Part shown: positions 56,703 through 64,000 of the stretch, piece by piece
Numbering within the stretch: position 1 is the first letter of the stretch
How the letters are laid out: each line of letters starts with the position of its first letter
IMG/VR virus record: IMGVR_UViG_3300023179_000026
Location: 32,001-96,000 of that record
Reading direction: 5' to 3' (one strand)
Length of the DNA: 64,000 nt
Origin: a virus
The notes under the pieces: model-generated
Database searches by the model: none
What the model was told of the DNA's origin: nothing
The model's input: the letters and a program-made list of their open reading frames with translations, nothing else
Made by a program: the position numbers and the translations under genes

Positions 56703-57301
56703 AGTGCAGGTGGGGCTAAAGGTGGTGGCGCAGGTGCAGCTAATGATGGTGCACCCATAGCATTTGGTTCTTGATTATTTGACTTAAGTTCTTTCTTGTC
56801 ATAGTCTTTTTGATATGCATCATCTAAATCTTCTAAATCAATAGTTTGTTCAGCAATATCAACGCTTCCTTCTCTAATATCATTCATTAAAGATTTTGGC
56901 ATGGTAATATTGACCAACCATACGTGTTTTTTGGTTTTTTTAGGGTAATGGGTGCCTGGCTTATAGTCCATAGGTTCTTTAATTTCAATAGGTACTTCAA
57001 CCGTAGTTCTTTTAAATTTAACTTTGCATCCAAGTGTTAACAAACGTCTTCCACCACGTGGATCAGGCATCATTGAATCAGGCCACATAAAAGTACAATC
57101 AACCAAGTATTTGCTAATGACAGGCCCATCGACTAATTCACCCATTTTCCAATTTTTAAATGCATAAAGGTCTGCTTCATCAAGCACACGTTCAAAATCT
57201 AATAATGTAGCCATAGTACCATCACTAATCATGATACCTTTTACATTATTAACAATATCAACCCATTCTAACGAATCTAAGAATGTATGTTTCTTAGGCA
57301 T
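56699..57301 (-). CDS. Hypothetical protein
   Basis: 200 aa, TAAATA at 57322-57327. Confidence 0.75.
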   Translation of the reverse strand: MPKKHTFLDSLEWVDIVNNVKGIMISDGTMATLLDFERVLDEADLYAFKNWKMGELVDGPVISKYLVDCTFMWPDSMMPDPRGGRRLLTLGCKVKFKRTTVEVPIEIKEPMDYKPGTHYPKKTKKHVWLVNITMPKSLMNDIREGSVDIAEQTIDLEDLDDAYQKDYDKKELKSNNQEPNAMGAPSLAAPAPPPLAPPAL

Positions 57302-57479
57302 AATAGTTTTCCATGATACAGTATTTATCCTAGTTTAAATTTACGCTAGGATATAGGAATTTTGGGCACAGTTTATTATTTATAATAATAACTCATGAAA
57401 AACAAGAGCACATATGGTTACATAAAATATCTTAAATAGTTTTGAGCATAGGTTGCTCATTACTAAAAGGAGTGTAACT

Positions 57480-58250
57480 TTGAGTCGTAGAAAAAATTCG
57501 GCTATCCGAAAAGAGCAAGAAAGATATATGAAAAAAACAGGCAAAAATGAACTTCAAACCTTCTACCAAAAATATGAAAATACAATAGAGTTCAATCCAC
57601 AGCGTCAACGTAAACCAATCAACTTACTTCCTAAAACTCCAAATCAAGAAACATACATTCATGCATTACTTGATGATGGTATTGATATTGTTGTTGGAAC
57701 AGGTCCTGCGGGAACGGGTAAAACTTATCTAGCAACATTAGCAGCTATACAAGCTTTGCGCCATCGTTATTGTGACCGTATTATTTTGACAAGACCTGCT
57801 GTTACTGTAGATGATGAGAAACACGGATTTTTACCAGGCGATCTTAACGCAAAAATGGAACCATGGACTAAGCCTCTTATTGATGTTTTCCGTGAATTCT
57901 ATCACGTAAAAGAAATTGAAAACATGTTAGCTGAACAAATAATTGAAATTTCACCACTTGCTTATATGCGTGGCAGAACATTTAAAAATGCTTGGGTCAT
58001 TCTAGATGAGGCACAAAATGCAACACCTAGTCAATTTAAGATGTTACTAACTCGTATTGGGGACAATAGTAAAATTGTAATAACAGGTGATATTGAACAA
58101 TCAGATCGCAAAAAAGTTGATAATGGATTAATTGATTTGCAATATAGGTTGGAAAAGTATCCTATAGGAAACTTAGAATTGTGTAAGTTTGGTGTACAGG
58201 ATGTACAACGACACCCCATCATAGAACATATTTTAAAGCTTTATGAGTAA
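57480..58250 (+). CDS. phoH: PhoH-family ATPase (TTG start)
   Basis: GPAGTGKT, LTRPAV, GFLPG, RGRTF, DEAQN, GD..Q; AGGAG RBS before TTG; TAAATA at 57433-57438. Confidence 0.93.
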   Translation: MSRRKNSAIRKEQERYMKKTGKNELQTFYQKYENTIEFNPQRQRKPINLLPKTPNQETYIHALLDDGIDIVVGTGPAGTGKTYLATLAAIQALRHRYCDRIILTRPAVTVDDEKHGFLPGDLNAKMEPWTKPLIDVFREFYHVKEIENMLAEQIIEISPLAYMRGRTFKNAWVILDEAQNATPSQFKMLLTRIGDNSKIVITGDIEQSDRKKVDNGLIDLQYRLEKYPIGNLELCKFGVQDVQRHPIIEHILKLYE

Positions 58251-58252
58251 AA

Positions 58253-58275
58253 AATAAGGCTCAATGAGCCTTATT
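58253..58275. terminator. Bidirectional terminator between convergent genes
   Basis: AATAAGGCTC-AAT-GAGCCTTATT. Confidence 0.8.
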
Positions 58276-58863
58276 AATAATAATATCAAAAATGTCTTTC
58301 CAATTTTTTACTCTTGGAATGAGTGGGTTATCATACCCCATGTTATGTCCGTGTTCCATCAATAATGGTTTTAGACCAACTTTTAATCCTGCTTCACAAT
58401 TAGCGTACTTATCTTCAATCCAAAAATATCCACTGTTTGCATACTTAATCAGTTCATCATCTTTATCAGCACCTGTGTCTAGGCAGATGATTTCTTCAAA
58501 AACTGTTTGACCAAACAATTTTTCAAGGTTCATTTTTCGTAATTTTTGTGCATTTTTATCTAAACTTAGTGAAGTAATTGCATGGAATACGTATCCATGT
58601 TCTTCGTGAAGTTTTTTGACATAGTGAATTGCGTCACGTAATGGTGGCAAAAAACCAATAGCAGCAGACTCATTGAATATTTTGATTAGTCTTTTACCAT
58701 CTTCTTTAGCAATACCATATCGTTTTCCGATGTTATATTCAAATTGTGAACCATCTAGTTTATGGTGACCATGTTCTTGCATCCAACAGTCAAAAGCATA
58801 TTCCCAATTACAAAGCACACCATCAACATCTACAAGAATCAAATTATTGTCTCTCAAGATCAT
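58261..58863 (-). CDS. HAD-superfamily phosphatase (5'-nucleotidase-like)
   Basis: DVDGVL, AITS, K, WIEDK. Confidence 0.85.
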   Translation of the reverse strand: MILRDNNLILVDVDGVLCNWEYAFDCWMQEHGHHKLDGSQFEYNIGKRYGIAKEDGKRLIKIFNESAAIGFLPPLRDAIHYVKKLHEEHGYVFHAITSLSLDKNAQKLRKMNLEKLFGQTVFEEIICLDTGADKDDELIKYANSGYFWIEDKYANCEAGLKVGLKPLLMEHGHNMGYDNPLIPRVKNWKDIFDIIINKAH

Positions 58864-58879
58864 TCCTCACTAAAAACCT

Positions 58880-58908
58880 ATTATAACATAAGGAAAAATG
58901 GTTGTCAA
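58880..58908 (-). promoter_or_regulatory. Consensus sigma70 promoter
   Basis: TTGACA-17-TATAAT with extended -10 TG. Confidence 0.9.
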
Positions 58909-58911
58909 ATT

Positions 58912-59169
58912 TTAGGGTTGATTTTCAGCAGCAGCAGATAATTGAGTAATTAATTCAGGATAAATTTTTTTGTAGTAGGTATTCAAAGCATCAAAATCAG
59001 TGTCAACTTTTTTTCCTTCGATAAGACATTTTATCACTTTTTTATCTTTATAGTCAACAATTACGTTGCAAGTGTCTAAATCTTTGTCACGAACTCGTTT
59101 AGAAAAACCAACTTGTTCGTCAATTTGCCCCGCAGGTTTGCGGATATAAGTAATCAACAAATATCTCAT
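58912..59169 (-). CDS. Hypothetical protein
   Basis: 85 aa, coupled. Confidence 0.75.
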   Translation of the reverse strand: MRYLLITYIRKPAGQIDEQVGFSKRVRDKDLDTCNVIVDYKDKKVIKCLIEGKKVDTDFDALNTYYKKIYPELITQLSAAAENQP

Positions 59170-59435
59170 GCCTTTTTCTTTCTAGTTGCTTTTTTAGGTT
59201 TTTCTTGAGTAATAACTGCCCCCTCATACCCAGGGTGATACGGTGCTTCCTCCACTAATTTAGTACGATGAAATTCTTCAATTGCTTCATTTACATGTTG
59301 ACGTAAATGATCCCAATCAATAACAAATTCTACTCGTCCATCACCATGTATGGTTCTTGTAGAATAATGCCCTGAGGTAATACTTTCAAGTTCTTTTTTA
59401 GGTTCAGTTTTTTTGCTTTTTGCTTTGGTTGCCAT
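59166..59435 (-). CDS. Hypothetical basic protein (start revised to MATKAK)
   Basis: GGAG RBS. Confidence 0.7.
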   Translation of the reverse strand: MATKAKSKKTEPKKELESITSGHYSTRTIHGDGRVEFVIDWDHLRQHVNEAIEEFHRTKLVEEAPYHPGYEGAVITQEKPKKATRKKKA

Positions 59436-59457
59436 AATGTTCTCCAAGTTTGACTAT

Positions 59458-60399
59458 TTACTTTCCATGTGAAGTTAATTCAATTAAAGTTGCAGCTAAG
59501 TTAATTTCAGGTATACCAACAAGCGAAAGATTAGCCATGCCATTACGTATAATAACAACAGCAGTATCTTTTTCTGTTTGATTTTTACCCCATAATTCTA
59601 GATTATTATACATCCATTGATAGATAGATTCTATCCTAGATGGATGTAAGCTAAGATATTGAAGTAAATATTTTCTACCTTCAAGCACCTCACCACGTTT
59701 AAATGAGTCAGCCACTTCTAATAACGCTGCATTTTGATCAGAATTTTCTTTTTTGGCAACGACTAGTTCACCACTTGTGCTATTTGTTTGTAACTGATTT
59801 AAACACTTACGCAAATCAGGATATGTATTTTTTACATAATAATCAAGTGTATCAATAGTAAAATCAACTTTTTCTTCAATTAATACGGTAGCAGCACGTG
59901 CAGTAAATTCAGTATAATCAGGTTTACTAATGTGCATTTTAACGCAACGTGACTCACGTAATGCAGGAATCACACGGTACTCATAATTACAAGTAAGTAT
60001 AAATCTAACCGTAGAAGCATATGTTTCCATATCATTACGTAAGCTAGCTTGTGCATCACGTGACAAATAATCTGCCTCATCAAGTAAAACAATTTTAAAC
60101 TTACCAAAAGGAATAGTTTGTACAAAGTTATGTATTTTAGTTCTTACATTGTCTACACTGTTTTCACGTGATGCATTGATTTCTAGTACATCGTAATCTT
60201 CTATGTGTAATTCGTGAATAAGAATTTTTGCAAGCGTGGTTTTACCTGTGCCTGGTTCGCCGCTAAGTAACAAGTGTGGAATAATACCTTCTCTAATCCA
60301 ATGTTCAACTTGAGTTTGCTGAGAAGCATCAACAAAAACATAGTCAGTAATAGTGATAGGACGATACTTTTCAGTCCATAATTTATTTTGTAAAATCAT
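59458..60399 (-). CDS. Clamp loader large subunit (gp44/RFC-like)
   Basis: WTEKYRP, GEPGTGKT, NAS, LDEAD, FILTCN, SRC, DLRK. Confidence 0.95.
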   Translation of the reverse strand: MILQNKLWTEKYRPITITDYVFVDASQQTQVEHWIREGIIPHLLLSGEPGTGKTTLAKILIHELHIEDYDVLEINASRENSVDNVRTKIHNFVQTIPFGKFKIVLLDEADYLSRDAQASLRNDMETYASTVRFILTCNYEYRVIPALRESRCVKMHISKPDYTEFTARAATVLIEEKVDFTIDTLDYYVKNTYPDLRKCLNQLQTNSTSGELVVAKKENSDQNAALLEVADSFKRGEVLEGRKYLLQYLSLHPSRIESIYQWMYNNLELWGKNQTEKDTAVVIIRNGMANLSLVGIPEINLAATLIELTSHGK

Positions 60400-60683
60400 C
60401 GTGTAAGCATTTGAACAGTTATTATTCTAGATAGCATTTCTGACAAATCATCCTTTTCAGTAACAATATGCAATTGATTTTCCCATTCATCTTTTTTGGG
60501 ATTAAAAATACGTGTTTCAATAATCATACCACCACTTGCATAATAGACATAAAAATTTAGACTATTTCTTGGATTATGGAAGCTCTCTCTGCCTAATTTT
60601 GATTCACTTATCATAGCAACAGGTTGATCTTCCCTGTCTACTTGTCTTAGTTTTTCTCTTAACCATTTGTATATAAATTTCAT
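60396..60683 (-). CDS. Hypothetical protein
   Basis: 95 aa, coupled. Confidence 0.7.
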   Translation of the reverse strand: MKFIYKWLREKLRQVDREDQPVAMISESKLGRESFHNPRNSLNFYVYYASGGMIIETRIFNPKKDEWENQLHIVTEKDDLSEMLSRIITVQMLTR

Positions 60684-60692
60684 TTATAACCT

Positions 60693-61841
60693 TTATTTGA
60701 ATAAATTAGTTGGGCAATTAAAACCTTTCAAATTTTGGTACCAAGAATAAACACCCCACGTTGCATAATCTCTTACTTCACCTTGAAAATTAGCATTATC
60801 AACATGCTTTAGCATGTCTTGAAATTCAGTAGAATGTTTTAAATAAGTAATTGCTTTCTTACCTTTTTTCTTAGCTTCTTTCCAAAATTTTGTATTAAAA
60901 ATTGACCCATGATAGTAATGATACCCTATCATAGCTTCAATGTCCAATAATTTAGATAGATAAGTCTCATTTGCAAATGGTACACTTATATTATCAAACA
61001 TGATATCCCATGACATTCGATTAATAAGGTCAATAGTAGCTAATGACGTAGCTTCCATAGGTTCTAAAAAGAAGGATGAATTACCGTTATAAAACACTCT
61101 GTCAGTAAAATTTTGCTTTTTGTAATAATTGTGGAAGGAAAAAGAATTAGTGGTATCGCTTGGTGTTAGGCTATATTCTGAAAACACTTCTTTTACATCT
61201 TCTTTAATTTCATCAAGTGTATTCAATGTATTATTGTAAAGATATCCTACTGAACATCTATTCTGAAGTGGTATACAAAATACCCATCCGTATTTTCTTG
61301 CTACCGTTCCTGTATATTGAAAAGTAGGTTTATCCCACCAACATTGAGTGACGTAAACTGAATTAACAGGAATAATAGCACTTTCATAAAAGTTTTCATA
61401 GGTTTCGGGTTTGCCACCACAATCTATAATATAATCCGCATCAATATCATCATGTGATCTAACATTAGTATTAATTAATTTGACACGTGAATTTTTTTTA
61501 ACTGTTTCTATGATATAATCTTGCAATTTTAATGCATTAAAATGAATTGATATAAGCGGTGGTTGGAAATAATGTGTATATTCGCTACCCTTCCCCCAAT
61601 TTTGTTTTCTAATTCCATACTTTAATGTACCATCAATTTTATTAAACAAGTCATTATAGTTGTAATCATTAAATTTATATAATAAACGTACAAGTTGTAA
61701 GGTAGTTCCTTCACCAACTGCTTGAACTTTAATATTTTCATCATAATACCAATCTATTTCAAAATCAGTATATGTTAAAAAATGTGCGGCGGTAATACTT
61801 CCTGCAGTACCTTTACCAATAATAGCTATTTTTTTATTCAC
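60693..61841 (-). CDS. Flavin-dependent tryptophan-halogenase-like protein
   Basis: IIGKGTAG, VGEGT, TLKYGI, IDCGG, GWVFCIP, FLEPMEATS. Confidence 0.85.
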   Translation of the reverse strand: MNKKIAIIGKGTAGSITAAHFLTYTDFEIDWYYDENIKVQAVGEGTTLQLVRLLYKFNDYNYNDLFNKIDGTLKYGIRKQNWGKGSEYTHYFQPPLISIHFNALKLQDYIIETVKKNSRVKLINTNVRSHDDIDADYIIDCGGKPETYENFYESAIIPVNSVYVTQCWWDKPTFQYTGTVARKYGWVFCIPLQNRCSVGYLYNNTLNTLDEIKEDVKEVFSEYSLTPSDTTNSFSFHNYYKKQNFTDRVFYNGNSSFFLEPMEATSLATIDLINRMSWDIMFDNISVPFANETYLSKLLDIEAMIGYHYYHGSIFNTKFWKEAKKKGKKAITYLKHSTEFQDMLKHVDNANFQGEVRDYATWGVYSWYQNLKGFNCPTNLFK

Positions 61842-62985
61842 TATCTAATCCTTTAATTTCATAACCTAAACCGATTAAATTTTCATACCATGACCTTTCA
61901 TTCCAAGACCCAAATGGATTTTTATCCGTAAAAAAATGATGACTTGTAATGGAATTTACACATTTTAAAAAGTTTTCATCTGAATATAATTTAGGCATAA
62001 CGTCTTTTGTTTTTTCATAAGCAAAATCCCAAAATTTTGTATTAAATTTAGATTTTTTCGTGTAATGAAAAGCTATCATTAACTCAATATCTTTTAAAAA
62101 ATTAGTAAAAAAGTTATTACAGTCATCTAGTTTACGATTAAAAAACAAATAATCATATAATGTTCTATTAACATAATCAGCACACACAAAAGAAGTTGCT
62201 TCCATTGGTTCAAGAAAAAACGATGCGTTACCATTATAACTTACACGTTCAGTAAAATTAACTTTTCTTATATAATTACTAAATGAAAAAGCATTTGTCA
62301 TATCACTTGGAGTTAACTTATATTCTGAAAATACTTCTTGTACATCTTTTTTAACATCGTTTAAATCATTAATTGTATTGTTATACAAATAGCCAACTGA
62401 GCATCTATTTTGTAACGGTATACAAAATACCCATCCATGTTTCCTTGCAATTGCCGCTGTATAATCAAAATCAGGTTTATCCCAATAACATTGTGTAACA
62501 TAAACTGAGTTAAGTGGCATATATTGTGCCATATAAAAATTATCAAAATTATCAGGTTTTCCTGAACAATCTATAATATGGTCTGCGTCAATATCATCAT
62601 ATGATTTAATATTTTGTGAAACAATTTTAACATGATTATAACCTTTTAAATGATTGAATATATATTCTTGTAGTTTGTATGAATCAATGTGCATAGCAAC
62701 ATTTGGAGAGTAAAAATGATGAAAAAAATCGTGATTAGTTTTGCCCCAATTTTGCTTTCTTATACCATACTTATAATTACCATTTAGGTTTTTCATATCA
62801 GTGTAACTAAAACCAAAATAGTTTTTTAAATTACGTGGTAAAATAAGTGTAGTGCCTTCTCCTACTGCTTGTGTTTTAATATTTTCATCATAATACCAAT
62901 CAATTGTACAATCTTTTGTCCATGTTGCAAAATGTGCTGCAGTAATAGCACCTACAGTGCCCCTGCCTATAATAGCTAATTTCAT
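61834..62985 (-). CDS. Flavin-dependent tryptophan-halogenase-like protein, tandem paralogue
   Basis: IIGRGTVG, VGEGT, NYKYGI, IDCSG, GWVFCIP, FLEPMEATS. Confidence 0.85.
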   Translation of the reverse strand: MKLAIIGRGTVGAITAAHFATWTKDCTIDWYYDENIKTQAVGEGTTLILPRNLKNYFGFSYTDMKNLNGNYKYGIRKQNWGKTNHDFFHHFYSPNVAMHIDSYKLQEYIFNHLKGYNHVKIVSQNIKSYDDIDADHIIDCSGKPDNFDNFYMAQYMPLNSVYVTQCYWDKPDFDYTAAIARKHGWVFCIPLQNRCSVGYLYNNTINDLNDVKKDVQEVFSEYKLTPSDMTNAFSFSNYIRKVNFTERVSYNGNASFFLEPMEATSFVCADYVNRTLYDYLFFNRKLDDCNNFFTNFLKDIELMIAFHYTKKSKFNTKFWDFAYEKTKDVMPKLYSDENFLKCVNSITSHHFFTDKNPFGSWNERSWYENLIGLGYEIKGLDSE

Positions 62986-63413
62986 TAATTTAACAGCCTT
63001 GTACACTCCAACTCGCTGTCAGTCCAACATTCTGTTTCAGTTTGTACCCATCCTTCATTTTCCCAACTTGAATAAGAATCTTCATCCCATATTTCGGACA
63101 TACGTTCTTGTTCTTCTTCATCCATATCATCAGGATACATTATATCTAAATACCAACCATCATCTAACACTTCTAATTCAACATCTTCAATATTATTGAT
63201 ACAAGTATTATTCATGTCAATACTATCTTCTACTTCATTACCTAGCGGGTTACGAACACGCTCAAATTGTGGTTCTTCATCATTATCCGTAGTTACAATC
63301 CAACTACCCCAACGAAAACCTGTTACACGTATAATAGTTACACCATCTTTAACCCAATACTCGTGTTCTTCAACTGATTTTTTATTTAATGTTGATACAT
63401 GCCACTTAGCCAT
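62985..63413 (-). CDS. Acidic hypothetical protein
   Basis: 142 aa, coupled. Confidence 0.75.
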   Translation of the reverse strand: MAKWHVSTLNKKSVEEHEYWVKDGVTIIRVTGFRWGSWIVTTDNDEEPQFERVRNPLGNEVEDSIDMNNTCINNIEDVELEVLDDGWYLDIMYPDDMDEEEQERMSEIWDEDSYSSWENEGWVQTETECWTDSELECTRLLN

Positions 63414-63415
63414 AA

Positions 63416-63628
63416 TTACTCTCTATCCATTTCTGATGCTTCTTTAATCAGTACAGTTAATTCTTCAATTGAATTTACCAATATTTTAACTTGCGACCAA
63501 TTATCATCATGATCACGACCACCTACTTCAATCATAAAACCATTGTCGTACATATTAATACTAAAACTATCATTAACAGTTTTCATTTTGTCGCTAATCT
63601 TTTTTACACCACTCTTTACTTTAGCCAT
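63416..63628 (-). CDS. Hypothetical protein
   Basis: 70 aa. Confidence 0.75.
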   Translation of the reverse strand: MAKVKSGVKKISDKMKTVNDSFSINMYDNGFMIEVGGRDHDDNWSQVKILVNSIEELTVLIKEASEMDRE

Positions 63629-63637
63629 TTTATACCC

Positions 63638-64000
63638 CTAAATTGTTTTATCGCCCATGGTTTCATCCATGACAGGTTCGTCACTAACTAATAAAATATC
63701 ATCATTGTCAACTTTACGAATGATGTGTTCTCCACTATCGTCCATAATTTTAATACCTCTAGTCCATCGTCCATGAGTTACTAAAATATATTGACCTACT
63801 TTAATCTCTTGTTGTTCAGGACCGATTGCATACACCTTGCCCCAACGTGGTCTAATACCACTATTTTTTCCATCATCACTAACCACCACAATACCTGATG
63901 AAGTTTTACGTTCTTCAAAATTCATTTCTGATACAATAATTGCATCATGTAATGGTGTAACTTTATGTACTCGATGTGCTTCAAATAAATGTTTTGTATC
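63638..64000 (-). CDS. groES: GroES/Cpn10-like co-chaperonin (5' end beyond the window)
   Basis: Frame is open to the window end: VTPLHDAIIV...TSSGIVV...GKVYAIGP...IKVGQYIL...DILLV. Confidence 0.88.
   Translation of the reverse strand, partial: DTKHLFEAHRVHKVTPLHDAIIVSEMNFEERKTSSGIVVVSDDGKNSGIRPRWGKVYAIGPEQQEIKVGQYILVTHGRWTRGIKIMDDSGEHIIRKVDNDDILLVSDEPVMDETMGDKTI

Larger units (their letters stand above)
7314..57438. promoter_or_regulatory. Recurrent late-promoter motif (TA)TAAATA
   Basis: Found 5-60 nt upstream of starts at about 7314, 9504, 10343, 10855, 12135, 15435(+), 15486, 20075, 23328, 23904, 34783, 42656, 48240, 57322 and 57433(+); matches the T4 late consensus. Confidence 0.8.

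Noticed and set aside
1141-63691. Many + strand ORFs of 60-150 aa in the track (e.g. 5498..6688, 29518..29799, 52435..53994)
   Set aside because: They lie antisense to well-supported minus-strand genes, lack RBSs and have shadow-type composition
1-64000. Stop-codon reassignment, as in some large phages
   Set aside because: Core genes are full length in code 11 and TAA, TGA and TAG all end genes
1-64000. tRNA or tmRNA genes
   Set aside because: No intergenic stretch shows a cloverleaf with T-loop GTTCRA; the larger gaps are filled by small ORFs, promoters and terminators

Overview
This 64 kb window is from a large, AT-rich, T4-superfamily-like (probably jumbo) tailed phage. It is densely coding and almost entirely on the minus strand; only phoH and one small gene are on +, and the other + strand ORFs in the track are antisense shadows. 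It uses the standard genetic code. I found no tRNAs, CRISPR array, inteins or introns. Modules from left to right: (1) nrdA/nrdB with an inserted class II aldolase; (2) a tail-fibre-like protein, a nuclease, IscA and probable head proteins; (3) a replication block with helicase, primase, a 208-aa miniature DnaE-like protein, a Hint-like protein, a UvsW-like helicase and an AAA ATPase; (4) an accessory zone with phasin-like and DUF3563-like small genes, a secreted peptide with a candidate -1 frameshift and a structured leader, and a repeat-flanked paralogue array; (5) a Rieske oxygenase, 5'-3' exonuclease, UV endonuclease, sliding clamp and family B polymerase; (6) a late block of probable virion-packaged proteins (GP88-like, two GT-A, a triple ADP-ribosyltransferase, Dps, modular polyproteins, a nucleotidyltransferase); (7) ClpA, peptide deformylase, DnaJ, PhoH, clamp loader, two tandem flavin halogenase-like genes and GroES. 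Consensus sigma70 promoters and a T4-like (TA)TAAATA late motif are both clear. Three single-base frame breaks fall in A-runs and could be sequencing errors or real slippage. Product names come from motif recognition by eye; no database searches were run.
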